This document shows positions 32,237-42,576 of a DNA stretch of 64,000 bases, piece by piece (within the stretch, counting starts at the first letter, position 1; the number at the start of each line of letters is the position of its first letter). A program made the position numbers and the translations under genes. The stretch covers positions 135,802-199,801 of the forward strand of contig CAIJMI010000005.1 in the NCBI GenBank assembly GCA_903821745.1, in the 5' to 3' direction. Origin of the DNA: Candidatus Gottesmanbacteria bacterium (GTDB taxonomy: Bacteria; Patescibacteriota; Microgenomatia; UBA10105; UBA927). The notes below the pieces were generated by a model, which did no database searches, was not told the origin of the DNA, and saw nothing but the letters and a program-made list of their open reading frames with translations.

Positions 32237-34261
32237 ATGGATATACAGTTAATTGCTCTTTTCACTGCCCCAGCAACAGCACTTATTGCTCTTATTTATG
32301 GAGCGATGCTCGTCAAACGAACACTCAAGGAAGAAGAGGGGTCAGATAAGTTAAGGCAAATTGGAAAAGCCGTTTCTGACGGAGCAATGGCATATCTTGC
32401 CAAACAATTTAAAGTAGTCATTCCATTCATGGTTATCCTTGGAATCGTCATTGCCCTCACACTCGGCACTGGTATGGCAGCAACGTTTCTTCTTGGCGCC
32501 ACATTTTCAGCCATCATTGGCTACGTTGGTATGTGGGTGGCCGTCAAAGCAAACGTTCGAACTGCAAATGCTGCCATTAAAGGATTAAACCCAGCACTTC
32601 GGGTGGCATTCGGCGCAGGAACCGTCAACGGCATGCTTGTTGTGGGCCTTGGACTATTAGGTGTTTCCATTGTCTACATGTGGTCATACTTTTCATTCAT
32701 TGGACAGGGTGCTGATGCGGTCGCAAAATCTGCAACGAACGTCCTTGTCGGATATGGATTTGGAGCAGCATTATTAGCCCTGTTCATGAGAGTCGGTGGA
32801 GGAATTTTTACAAAAGCTGCTGACGTCGGAGCAGATCTTGTCGGAAAAGTAGAAAAGGGAATTCCTGAAGATGATCCACGAAATCCAGCAACTATTGCTG
32901 ACAACGTCGGAGATAACGTCGGAGACTGTGCTGGTATGGCAGCAGACGTCTTTGAATCCTACGCGTTAACCATCGTTGCTGCTATGATTTTAGGTGGTAA
33001 TTTATTCGGACTTAAAGGGGTGGTATTCCCACTTCTTGCCAGATCCGGAGCAATTTTAACCTCCATTTTAGGATCATTCTTCGTGAAAGCGAAAAATGAC
33101 AAAGAGTATCCAATCAAACCGTTAATCCGAGGATTCATGGTTTCTGCAGTTGCAGCCATCATTATTTTTATGGGACTTGCAACATTCCTGCTTAATGAAC
33201 CACGAGCTGGATATGCAGCCATTATGGGTATCGTAGCAATGGTCGCACTGCTCTTAATCACAAAATTCTATACCGGACCGGGAGAAAAACCAATTGTTGG
33301 TATTGCCCAAGCATCCAGAACTGGTGCAGGAACCAACATTATCGCGGGTCTGGGATACGGAATGGAATCAACATTCGTTTCCGTTTTGGTTGTCGCAGCC
33401 GCCATTTATGCGGGCTATGCAATCTTTGGATTCTACGGTATTTCCCTAGTCGGCATGGGAATGCTGGCAACAACCGGTATTATTATGGCACTTGATACCT
33501 TCGGACCAATTTCTGACAATGCCCAAGGCATGGTCGAAATGGCAGGACTCAAAGGAAAAGCACCAGAAGTAACTGGAAATTTGGATGCCGTTGGAAATAC
33601 GACAAAGGCACTGACAAAAGGATTTGCAGTGGGATCAGCAGCGGTGGCTGCATGTTCCCTGTTTGCAACATATTTTGAAGCAACAGGGCTCACAACAATC
33701 GATATTGCCAATCCAAGAGTCTTTGTAGGAGTTCTGCTTGGAGGAGCACTGCCATTCTTGTTTAGCTCGAGACTCATCAATTCTGTTGGTCGAGCAGCAT
33801 TTGAGGTGGTCGAAGAGGTAAGACGACAATTTAAAGAAATCAAAGGAATCATGGAAGGAAAAGCCCTTCCTGATTATTCCCGCGCCGTTGCCATCGTCAC
33901 AACTGCTGCGCAACGAGAGTTGGTTATCCCAGCACTGATGGTTGTCTCCATGCCAATTGCCGCAGGGCTTCTTGGAGCACAAGCGCTCGGAGGATTTTTA
34001 GGCGGGGTCGTCGTCGTCGGACTTATGCTTGCATTTTTTATGTGCAACACCGGTGGAGCATGGGACAATGCCAAAAAATATGTTGAGGATGGAAATTTTG
34101 GTGGCAAAGGCAGCGACACGCATAAAGCTGCAGTTGTCGGAGACACAGTCGGCGATCCGTTAAAAGATACCGCTGGTCCAGCCTTAAATCCAATGATGAA
34201 AATCGTACAAGTCGTGGCGCTGCTTGTCGCCCCATTTGTCATCCAATTCATTGGGAAATAA
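32237..34261 (+). CDS. hppA: Membrane-bound proton- or sodium-translocating pyrophosphatase.
   Basis: GGIFTKAADVGADLVGKVE, DNVGDNVGDCAGMAADVFESY, DTVGDPLKDTAGPALN and about 16 TM helices. Confidence 0.92.
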   Translation: MDIQLIALFTAPATALIALIYGAMLVKRTLKEEEGSDKLRQIGKAVSDGAMAYLAKQFKVVIPFMVILGIVIALTLGTGMAATFLLGATFSAIIGYVGMWVAVKANVRTANAAIKGLNPALRVAFGAGTVNGMLVVGLGLLGVSIVYMWSYFSFIGQGADAVAKSATNVLVGYGFGAALLALFMRVGGGIFTKAADVGADLVGKVEKGIPEDDPRNPATIADNVGDNVGDCAGMAADVFESYALTIVAAMILGGNLFGLKGVVFPLLARSGAILTSILGSFFVKAKNDKEYPIKPLIRGFMVSAVAAIIIFMGLATFLLNEPRAGYAAIMGIVAMVALLLITKFYTGPGEKPIVGIAQASRTGAGTNIIAGLGYGMESTFVSVLVVAAAIYAGYAIFGFYGISLVGMGMLATTGIIMALDTFGPISDNAQGMVEMAGLKGKAPEVTGNLDAVGNTTKALTKGFAVGSAAVAACSLFATYFEATGLTTIDIANPRVFVGVLLGGALPFLFSSRLINSVGRAAFEVVEEVRRQFKEIKGIMEGKALPDYSRAVAIVTTAAQRELVIPALMVVSMPIAAGLLGAQALGGFLGGVVVVGLMLAFFMCNTGGAWDNAKKYVEDGNFGGKGSDTHKAAVVGDTVGDPLKDTAGPALNPMMKIVQVVALLVAPFVIQFIGK

Positions 34262-34303
34262 CGAAACTCGTACAAATTAGTAACGGTTACGTCGGTAGGT
34301 ATC

Positions 34304-36805
34304 ATGAATATCGGAAAAATTATTCAATCAGAAATCGTGACAGAAATGCAAAAGTCATATCTTGACTATGCTATGTCGGTCATCGTATCCCGCGCCCTTC
34401 CTGATGTTCGTGATGGCATGAAACCAGTGCACCGACGCATTTTGTATGCAATGCACACAACCGGTCTTGCGCATAACGCAAAATATAAAAAAAGTGCATC
34501 GGTGGTCGGAGAAGTGCTGGGAAAATACCATCCACATGGTGATTCTTCCGTGTATGAGGCATTAGTCAGACTTGCACAAGAATTTTCCATGCGGTATCCA
34601 CTCGTTGATGGGCAAGGAAACTTTGGTTCCATTGATGGAGATCCACCAGCAGCCATGCGGTATACCGAGTGTCGGCTTGCTGCAATATCAGGAGAAATGA
34701 TGCTTGATATTGAAAAAGATACCGTGGATTTCTTGCCGAATTTTGATGGATCAACCAAAGAACCAGCATATTTACCAGCAAAATTACCCAATCTTTTGCT
34801 CATGGGATCAGAAGGTATCGCGGTTGGAATGGCAACAAAAATTCCACCGCATAACTTAGGAGAAATCGTGGATGCCCTAGTCCACATGATTGATAAAATT
34901 ACGATCGTGAAAGGAAAAGATAAAAGCCATGATACGCCGGAATATTCCTTCAATAGCACTCTTGATGATCTCATGGAATTTGTGCAGGGCCCGGATTTTC
35001 CAACAGCTGGAGCCATTTATGATATTAATGAAATTAAATCTGCGTATGGAACCGGAAAAGGCAAAATTGTCATGCGCGGTAAGGCAGAGATTGAAGAAAT
35101 TGGGCAGGGAAAATCCGCAATTTCAATAACGGAGCTTCCATATCAGGTCAACAAAGCAAATCTCGTCATGAAGATTGCCGACCTCGTGAAAGATAAAAAA
35201 TTGGACGGCATTTCTGACCTTCGGGATGAATCAGACCGACACGGTATTCGCGTCGTTATTGAACTCAAACGGGATGCACATCCAAAACAGGTATTAAACA
35301 ATTTATACAAATACACTGATCTCCAAACCACATTCCCGGTAAACATGGTAGCCCTCGTTGATAACACACCACAAACCTGTACATTAAAACTGATTCTTGA
35401 AGAATACTTAAAACACCGCCAATTTGTTATCCGCCGAAGAAGCGAATTTGAACTCGCGGAAGCAAAAAAACGGGAACACATTTTGGAAGGATTAAAAATT
35501 GCCGTTGATCATATTGATGAAGTCATCGCCATCATTAAAAAAAGCAAAGATGCGGATGAGGCAAAAACAAAGTTAATGACACGGTTCAAGCTCTCTGAAA
35601 TTCAAGCAACCGCAATTTTGGATATGCAGCTGCGGAAACTTGCAGCCCTTGAACGAGAAAAAATTGAAGATGAACTTGCCATGATTCGGGAAACCATTGC
35701 ATACCTCAATGATCTTCTGGAACACCCAGAAAAAATATTTAAAGTCATCAAAGATGAACTGTTAAAACTCAAAGAAAAATACGGGGATAACCGACGGACA
35801 AAAGTATACAAAAGCAAAGTCGGAGAATTTAGTGAAGAACAGCTCATTCCAAATGAAGACACCATCATAACCATGAGCACCTCAGGATATATTAAACGGG
35901 TTCCGCCAACATCATTCAAAACCCAAGAACGAGGAGGCAAAGGGGTCATCGGTATGACCACAAAAGAAGAAGATGCCATTGATATGGTGGTTTCTGCAAA
36001 AACACACGATAACTTGTTGTTCTTTACGGAAAAAGGGAAAGTCTATCAGGTACGTGCCTGGGACCTCCCAGAGGCCTCCAGACAGTCCAAAGGTCAGGCA
36101 GTTGTCAATGTGATCAACGTTGAATCCGGAGAAAAAGTAACATCCATGTTGACCTACACCTTAGATTCCAAACAACAGAAAGAACAAGGCGTCAAATTCA
36201 TCATCATGGCAACCAAAAAGGGTGTCATCAAAAAAAGCAAACTCACCGAATATGAAAACATCCGAAGAAACGGACTGGTCGCAATAAAACTTGATAGTGG
36301 AGACGAACTAGAATGGGTCAAACTCACAGGCGGCGATGATGAGATTCTATTGGTTACCCATGAAGGAAAATCCATTCGGTTTAATGAAGAAGAAGTTCGA
36401 GGAACCGGTCGAGACACCATGGGAGTTCGAGGAATACTATTAAAAGGCAATGATTATCTCGTCAGTATGGATGTCATCACAAAAGAAAACAAATCCCATG
36501 ATTTCTTAACCATCATGGAAAAAGGCATTGGTAAAAAAACCGCTATTACCGGTTTTCCAAAACAACGCCGTGGTGGACAGGGAGTGAAAGTTGCAGAAGT
36601 AAAGGATAAAACAGGAAAAGTGGTTGTCTCACAAATTGTTCCATCAGAAACAGAATCCATTATTATTACATCCATGAAAGGCCAGGTGGTTAAGCTTCCC
36701 ATTGATTCCATGCCACGGTTAGGTAGAGCAACATCAGGTGTGATTCTTATGCGGTTTACTGATAAAACGGATACTGTCGCCGCTGCCACATGTCTGACAA
36801 AGTAA
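34304..36805 (+). CDS. gyrA: DNA gyrase subunit A.
   Basis: Active-site AAMRYTE (Tyr). QRDR-like region. C-terminal beta-pinwheel repeats with the GyrA box QRRGGQG. Confidence 0.95.
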   Translation: MNIGKIIQSEIVTEMQKSYLDYAMSVIVSRALPDVRDGMKPVHRRILYAMHTTGLAHNAKYKKSASVVGEVLGKYHPHGDSSVYEALVRLAQEFSMRYPLVDGQGNFGSIDGDPPAAMRYTECRLAAISGEMMLDIEKDTVDFLPNFDGSTKEPAYLPAKLPNLLLMGSEGIAVGMATKIPPHNLGEIVDALVHMIDKITIVKGKDKSHDTPEYSFNSTLDDLMEFVQGPDFPTAGAIYDINEIKSAYGTGKGKIVMRGKAEIEEIGQGKSAISITELPYQVNKANLVMKIADLVKDKKLDGISDLRDESDRHGIRVVIELKRDAHPKQVLNNLYKYTDLQTTFPVNMVALVDNTPQTCTLKLILEEYLKHRQFVIRRRSEFELAEAKKREHILEGLKIAVDHIDEVIAIIKKSKDADEAKTKLMTRFKLSEIQATAILDMQLRKLAALEREKIEDELAMIRETIAYLNDLLEHPEKIFKVIKDELLKLKEKYGDNRRTKVYKSKVGEFSEEQLIPNEDTIITMSTSGYIKRVPPTSFKTQERGGKGVIGMTTKEEDAIDMVVSAKTHDNLLFFTEKGKVYQVRAWDLPEASRQSKGQAVVNVINVESGEKVTSMLTYTLDSKQQKEQGVKFIIMATKKGVIKKSKLTEYENIRRNGLVAIKLDSGDELEWVKLTGGDDEILLVTHEGKSIRFNEEEVRGTGRDTMGVRGILLKGNDYLVSMDVITKENKSHDFLTIMEKGIGKKTAITGFPKQRRGGQGVKVAEVKDKTGKVVVSQIVPSETESIIITSMKGQVVKLPIDSMPRLGRATSGVILMRFTDKTDTVAAATCLTK

Positions 36806-36828
36806 GAGATCTTATTTGAATACAGATT

Positions 36829-37731
36829 ATGCATACCAAGGAACAACTCCTCGGATCGTTAAGCATTTTCACTGCAACAGTTATATATGGATTTTTTAGT
36901 ATTCTTGCACGCGTCGTTGGCTATTCCATTCCAATCTTTTACCAAAACTGGACAAGGGAGGCTGTTGCAACTCTGCTTCTTATTCTCATGGTTGTTGCAA
37001 CAAAAACAGCATGGAAACCTTTATCTCCATCCGCAACAAAATGGATATTACTTCGTACCGTTGTTGGAAGTGCCACATTCTTAACCTATTTTTACTGCAT
37101 CAATCACATGCCAATCGGCACTACCTATTTCTTGTTTTATGGAGGAACGGGCGTCTTTGGTTACCTTCTTGGGATGATGCTATTCAATGAAAAACTCACC
37201 CCGGTAAAATGGATATCGATCATGCTTGCGCTCAGCGGGCTGTTGTTGATTTTTTCACTCAATTTTACCAACACCCCATTGTATCTTATCCTTATGGCGC
37301 TCGCGGCTGGAGCAGGAAGTGCATTCTGGTATTCTATTGTTAAAAAAGTAACCACATATCCCGTTATACAATTAACACTATTGGACAATCTTATTCCAAT
37401 ACCCGTATATATTATTATTTCGCTGTCTATTGGTGAACAATGGATAATACCAACGTTTACTCCTGTATGGATCGCAAGTTTCATCTATGGCGCGTTATTT
37501 GTTATCACCGGATCTCTTGTGGTCTATGGATTTCACCGAGTCGAAGCACAAATTGGAACCATTATTATGCTTGCGGAAGTTCCCATCGCTATCTTCTTAG
37601 CATTTCTGTTTTATAAAGAAACCATATCACTAACTGCTGTGATCGGTGGCATACTCATTCTCTCGGCCATTCTTATTCCTGAAATTTTAATGTTACGAGC
37701 AAATCACAAAAAAAGAAAAAACAACACATGA
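36829..37731 (+). CDS. EamA/DMT-family transporter.
   Basis: Ten predicted TM helices in two EamA-like halves. Confidence 0.7.
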   Translation: MHTKEQLLGSLSIFTATVIYGFFSILARVVGYSIPIFYQNWTREAVATLLLILMVVATKTAWKPLSPSATKWILLRTVVGSATFLTYFYCINHMPIGTTYFLFYGGTGVFGYLLGMMLFNEKLTPVKWISIMLALSGLLLIFSLNFTNTPLYLILMALAAGAGSAFWYSIVKKVTTYPVIQLTLLDNLIPIPVYIIISLSIGEQWIIPTFTPVWIASFIYGALFVITGSLVVYGFHRVEAQIGTIIMLAEVPIAIFLAFLFYKETISLTAVIGGILILSAILIPEILMLRANHKKRKNNT

Positions 37732-38219
37732 CCCCGGAAATATCAAAACATCTTATTCCAATAAGATTAATGGAATTTGTGAACCTTGAACCCTCAAATG
37801 GAGTCAATCGATTTAAATTAGAGGGAGCAGACAATGGTCATGCACATGTAGATGCAATAACTGGATTATTCGAACACACAACCCCGCTTGGAACCATGCT
37901 TTCACTCAACCAATATATTTGTACCCCTGAAAAAGAAAGTAATTTAAATTATTTATCTCGGATTATGCATATGACAGTTCCTGCCAAATATACTGAATAT
38001 AAGGAAAACGAAGCGCAACGACTGTGGTATGGAGAACGATGTACAAAAAATGGATTACCTATTGTTGCAGTGCTTTTTGGAACAGAGTTGGATTCAATAA
38101 CAAAACAACCTACTGACATTCCGTTTGTGCAACTATGTGTGATACGAGGCATGACACCTCACGTTGCATTAAAAAGTATACAAAATGTCGCTAAAATGTA
38201 TTTAGCAGATAATAATTAA
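37728..38219 (+). CDS. Hypothetical cytoplasmic protein.
   Basis: ORF with a 4-nt overlap to the upstream gene. No motif recognised. Confidence 0.4.
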   Translation: MTPEISKHLIPIRLMEFVNLEPSNGVNRFKLEGADNGHAHVDAITGLFEHTTPLGTMLSLNQYICTPEKESNLNYLSRIMHMTVPAKYTEYKENEAQRLWYGERCTKNGLPIVAVLFGTELDSITKQPTDIPFVQLCVIRGMTPHVALKSIQNVAKMYLADNN

Positions 38220-38263
38220 AGCATCTAACTATTTCTCAAATATTTTTGCTATACTAGATCTAT

Positions 38264-38998
38264 ATGAAAAACACCATTACTGGACTCTTACTATTTTTTG
38301 TATCACTTTTTGTCTATACCAAATTTGCAGGTCCCATACCCTTTAGTATTACTAATGTAACAAGTAATAAGTCAGAAGCGTTTACTGTAACAGGGGAGGG
38401 GAAAGTTTCCGTCAAACCAGATATTGCCACCATCAATGTTGGCGTCCAAGCAAACGGAACAACAGTGCAAAATGTGCAAGATAATTTAAACAAAAATATC
38501 AATGCAATAACTGCTGCAGTAAAAAAGACTGGAATCGACGAAAAAGACATCCAAACATCAAATTATAACCTCTCCCCGACTTATGATTTTACAAACAGTG
38601 TACAACGAATTACTGGATATCAAGCATCCAGTAATTTAACAATCAAAGTGAGAAAAATTGATACCGCAAATAATGTTGTTGATGCGGCAACCGCAGCTGG
38701 GGCAAACACAGTTGGCGGAATCAGTTTTGACGTTGATGACAAAACAAAAGCAATGGATGATGCAAGGAAATTAGCCGTTGCTGATGCAAAAGCAAAAGCT
38801 GAACAAGCGGCACAAACAACAGGATTTACTCTAGGTAAAATTATCAACTACCAAGAGTCTACCAACAATATCCGACCCATGCCGATGTACGCAAAAACAG
38901 ACGTCGCAACCGGAATGGGAGCAGGCGTCGCTACGGAGCTCTCAACAGGGACAACGGATATCACGTTAACCGTAACCTTAAGTTACGAAGTGAAGTAA
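38264..38998 (+). CDS. SIMPL-domain (DUF541, YggE-like) protein with an N-terminal TM or signal.
   Basis: SIMPL-type repeats (VSVKPDIATINVGV..., DITLTVTLSYEV) after an N-terminal hydrophobic helix. Confidence 0.7.
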   Translation: MKNTITGLLLFFVSLFVYTKFAGPIPFSITNVTSNKSEAFTVTGEGKVSVKPDIATINVGVQANGTTVQNVQDNLNKNINAITAAVKKTGIDEKDIQTSNYNLSPTYDFTNSVQRITGYQASSNLTIKVRKIDTANNVVDAATAAGANTVGGISFDVDDKTKAMDDARKLAVADAKAKAEQAAQTTGFTLGKIINYQESTNNIRPMPMYAKTDVATGMGAGVATELSTGTTDITLTVTLSYEVK

Positions 38999-39103
38999 AA
39001 CGCCAAAAAAGCAGGATTTAGCCTCATTTTTTGCCTCTTGTCGTGGACGGTCTAGCGCGATAGAATGATCCATACCCCCAAGTTAAGGAAAAAAGGAACG
39101 TGT

Positions 39104-39703
39104 ATGGGAAGAAGTAAAGCACAACCGATTCAACAACCCGACGACACAACGTGTGGTCCAAGCGCGCTTAAAATTGCGCTGTCTATTTTCGGTGTTAAGA
39201 AATCCCTAAAAAGTCTTATTGAACTTTGCAAGACAAACAGTAATGGAACATCTACCAAAAATCTCATTCATGCGGCAAACAGTCTAGGATTTTCCTTGTT
39301 GGCTGTTGAATATTCAACGCTTTCACACCTGCAAAGTGCACTAAAATACACACCAAACAACCTTCGAGCCACCATGGTGAGCTATCTTTATGACCTCGAC
39401 GAAAAAGATCAGCCACATCCAGATAGTGGCCATTGGGCAACCGTAGCATCATATCTGCCAAGCAAAAATAGAATCGTTCTTTTGGATAGTGCAACTTCAA
39501 AACGAAAATCCTACAATTGGCAGGATTTTCGGGAACGCTGGTTTGATTTTGACCTCAAGAGGAAAAAGCTCTCAAAAACAGGGAAGAAATTTAAACTCAT
39601 CCGTCATTGGCAGCCGCAACTCATGCTTGTCCTAGCTAAAGATGTAAAACATTTACCAAAATTTGAAACATCAACATCCAAATTATTTGAGGCCATTTCG
39701 TAA
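39104..39703 (+). CDS. Stand-alone C39-like cysteine peptidase domain protein.
   Basis: QQPDDTTCGPSALKIAL matches the C39 catalytic Cys motif (Q..D.CG.A.L), with His in DSGHWATV downstream. Start moved to ATG 39104 with AAGGAA upstream. Confidence 0.5.
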   Translation: MGRSKAQPIQQPDDTTCGPSALKIALSIFGVKKSLKSLIELCKTNSNGTSTKNLIHAANSLGFSLLAVEYSTLSHLQSALKYTPNNLRATMVSYLYDLDEKDQPHPDSGHWATVASYLPSKNRIVLLDSATSKRKSYNWQDFRERWFDFDLKRKKLSKTGKKFKLIRHWQPQLMLVLAKDVKHLPKFETSTSKLFEAIS

Positions 39704-40696
39704 CTTGCCGGCTCTTCTCATACACGACTGAACAATCTTCCACACAAAATCGGCAAATGTCATACCGACCGCCATATAGGAAACGGTCATACCGTAAAGT
39801 GGATGGTCGGATAATCCTGGATTTGCGTTTGCCTCAAGAATCAAAAGTTGGTCTTTGTCATTGAATCGAGCATCAATCCGGGTAAAATCATCAAACTGAA
39901 ATGCAGTAAACGCTACTTTACATATTTTTTCAAAATCATTGAGCTGTTCTTTCGTGAGTTTAGCAAGTGCCATCCCGGACGTATGAAAATCCGGATGATC
40001 TTCATTCCACCGACTCTCATAAGAAAGCATCGCCTGTGTTCCTTGCACTTTATACGTTACTTCTGCCGGAGGCAGCATAATAAGCCCTGTTATATCTTCA
40101 TAGAGTGTAATTTGAAATTCGCGTCCGGAAAGAAACTCTTCTGCAATAATGGGTTGTGTATATGTTATAAGCTGTTCCCGAACCTTTACTATAAGTTCTT
40201 CCGCATTGTTTACTATAGACCCTGATCCCAGTCCCACACTGCAATGTTCCTTTGCAAGCTTCACAATGCACGGGTACGAAAAATCGTTCCGTACCAATTC
40301 ATTTCCAATTTCAAACAATTGCCACTTCGGCGTTGGCAACTGATGGGCACCCATGGTTTGTTTCATGAGTACTTTATCTGCCCCCCTGGCAAATGCATCA
40401 CGGGATGCGCCGGTAAACGGAATGCCAGTTTGAACAAGAACATCCATCGCTTCAATACTTAACGGTAGATCAAGTCCGGTCCAATCAATAATATTGACGA
40501 TACAATCAGCCTGAATTCCCATAATGGTTTTTTCGATGGAATCTTCAGCAACCGCAACTAAGAATGCGTCCGCACCTTTTTCCTTCAGCGCTTCTTCCAC
40601 TTCATGGGCGGACTCAACAGTATCATCATCCGTTGCAATAAATTTACTTTCTGTTGCGCGTTTTGTTGGAAGACTGAATAAGACTGCAATTTTCAT
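39683..40696 (-). CDS. ddl: D-alanine--D-alanine ligase (ATP-grasp).
   Basis: KIAVLF N-terminus. ATP-grasp motifs CIVKLAKEHCSVGLG and LEANANPGL. Confidence 0.85.
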   Translation of the reverse strand: MKIAVLFSLPTKRATESKFIATDDDTVESAHEVEEALKEKGADAFLVAVAEDSIEKTIMGIQADCIVNIIDWTGLDLPLSIEAMDVLVQTGIPFTGASRDAFARGADKVLMKQTMGAHQLPTPKWQLFEIGNELVRNDFSYPCIVKLAKEHCSVGLGSGSIVNNAEELIVKVREQLITYTQPIIAEEFLSGREFQITLYEDITGLIMLPPAEVTYKVQGTQAMLSYESRWNEDHPDFHTSGMALAKLTKEQLNDFEKICKVAFTAFQFDDFTRIDARFNDKDQLLILEANANPGLSDHPLYGMTVSYMAVGMTFADFVWKIVQSCMRRAGKLRNGLK

Positions 40697-40701
40697 AGTG
40701 T

Positions 40702-41736
40702 TTAATGTCTGTGAAACCGCTCATGAATTGACCGAAGTTGTGGATTAGTAATGTGGGTATATATTTGCGTTGTTGAGATATTTTTGTGTCCTAACATCTC
40801 CTGAATAGCACGAAGATCAGCTCCTGCAGACAACAGATCCGTCGCAAAACTGTGCCGCAGTCCATGTGGTGTAATCTTAATCGGCAGCCGTGCTTTCTTG
40901 ACATATTTTTCAACCAACCGTTCAACGCTTCGGGCAGAAAGCCTGATACTTTCACCATGTGGATCATGCTCGTCCGGCTTCTTTCCAGAATACCTTATAA
41001 ATAAAGGATCCAAATCATCATCACGCGTTTCCAAATACCGTTTTGTCCAATCAACCGATGAGTCAGATAAAAAGACAACCCGGGCCCGTCGGCCCTTTCC
41101 AATAACGCCAAATTCCTTTCGTTCCAGATTAATCTGATCTCGATTAAGCTTCGTAAGTTCTGAAACACGGAGCCCTGTTGAAAACAACATTTCAAGAATT
41201 GCTTTGTCCCGAAGTCCTTCATTGGTAGAAATTTCCGGCATATTCAACAGTTGTTCCACCTGATCCCGTTCCAAGAATTTGATGCTTCTGCTTTCTGCCT
41301 TTGGGAGGTCAATTTTATCTGCAGACACTGTGCCAACATCTCGTTTTGCGCAATATTTGAGGAATGATCGGACAGCGATCAGATGGTAATTCTGCGTCAC
41401 GCGTTTGAGACTCATATTATGCTCATCCACGTATCTCGACAAAAACAACCGATATTGTCGGATTGACTCGGATGTAACTGCAGAAACCGGAATTGTTTTT
41501 CGTTTGTCCGATTGTTCTTTTACTGCTTCCTCCGATTTTTTATCTATCAAAAGGGGAGTCCCAACAAGATAATCCAAAAACCGGTTCAAATAATGACCAT
41601 AGTTACGGATTGTCAGCGGTGAAACATTCCGCTCAATTTCTAAATATTCTAAAAATTCATTAATAAGTTGTGTAAGCGGCATAGTAATATACGACGTCTT
41701 TACAATTATTGTTGTACGACGTCTGACAAAAAGCAA
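40702..41736 (-). CDS. Xer-like tyrosine site-specific recombinase.
   Basis: N-terminal SAM-like core-binding domain. Catalytic residues R (GLRVSEL)...K...HGLRHSFAT...RAIQEMLGH...Y (TQIYTH). The start may be the internal Met at 41682. Confidence 0.88.
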   Translation of the reverse strand: MLFVRRRTTIIVKTSYITMPLTQLINEFLEYLEIERNVSPLTIRNYGHYLNRFLDYLVGTPLLIDKKSEEAVKEQSDKRKTIPVSAVTSESIRQYRLFLSRYVDEHNMSLKRVTQNYHLIAVRSFLKYCAKRDVGTVSADKIDLPKAESRSIKFLERDQVEQLLNMPEISTNEGLRDKAILEMLFSTGLRVSELTKLNRDQINLERKEFGVIGKGRRARVVFLSDSSVDWTKRYLETRDDDLDPLFIRYSGKKPDEHDPHGESIRLSARSVERLVEKYVKKARLPIKITPHGLRHSFATDLLSAGADLRAIQEMLGHKNISTTQIYTHITNPQLRSIHERFHRH

Positions 41737-42576
41737 TATATCAAATCACGGTACGTATATATTCATTATGATTTCTATACTATTTTGTATTTCCATTGAG
41801 TACTAGTTTTAGCTCTTTCGCATCGTTACAGACGACCATGGTATGCTGACAACAATAGGCACGTTTTTACGTTGTACCCATCACCATTGAAGAAGATAAA
41901 CACCCGCTAAAGGAAGCTATTTTTGAGCCTCTGTAGTGACCTAGAAATTGAATATCCTTGGTGCAATAAGTGTTAGGTCATCAACTTTTGATTTAGCGCG
42001 TCCAAACCGCACATTTCACGCAATATATATAGAGATTTCACAAAATACGGGCAGGGAAGTCAAATACCAAAAATAGCCTCAACGGCCAACCAAGGGAAAT
42101 ACCGTATATGTTTACCTAAACAATGGGTAATTGTTGTTTTGAAATAGAAATAAAAATAAGAAAACATTGATGACAAACAATGGGGATAAAATACCACTTC
42201 TCCCAAGTTCTGAAGCTACCGGACGTCGTAAAAGTATTATTGTGCGTCATTAGCCATTATGCTTCCCACCATGGGTTATCCATCAAAAACGCCAGGTATC
42301 GTTAACCAACTAACATAGACCTTGGGTCTATGGAGATATCCTGTGGTTCTTCCTAAACCTCCGGATACCTCTCAACGAACCCATAAGAACTTTCTTTAAG
42401 AAACCCTAGGTGTAATATCCAGAGAAGAACAAGACCTCTCTCTTTTGTAAGATGCTCACTTCCTAACACGGTCATACGTCTTATTCGTCCTCGAGATAAG
42501 CGTCAACAAACGGTAGAAAAACGTGCACTCCTTAGACACTGACATAAGAACCTCGTTCGGGTTTTTTATAGTTTAC

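Noticed and set aside
32296-36846. Multiple antisense or shadow ORFs of 60-216 aa inside hppA and gyrA (for example 34366-35016 minus, 33433-33852 minus, 36454-36846 minus)
   Set aside because: They lie entirely within strongly supported genes on the opposite strand, have Ser/Pro/Ala/Cys-rich composition typical of antisense frames, and have no RBS or homology.
39065-40696. RiPP-like pairing of the C39 peptidase with an ATP-grasp enzyme (microviridin-type)
   Set aside because: The ATP-grasp protein has clear D-Ala-D-Ala ligase signatures (N-terminal KIAVLF, Ddl-type ATP-grasp motifs). It is convergent to the C39 gene and belongs to the cell-wall pathway. No precursor peptide is evident.
42548-42567. 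Confident rho-independent terminator upstream of the array
   Set aside because: The stem is only 4 bp (GAAC/GTTC) before the T-run, which is too weak to call as a feature. It is mentioned only as an orientation hint.
41737-42576. Known structured RNAs (tmRNA, RNase P RNA, SRP RNA, T-box) in the ORF-free region
   Set aside because: I found no GGGG...tag-encoding or CCA-adjacent T-arm-like end (tmRNA), no GGAAAGTCCGGGC or ACAGAACCCGGCTTA blocks (RNase P), and no T-box consensus. A novel RNA cannot be excluded by eye.
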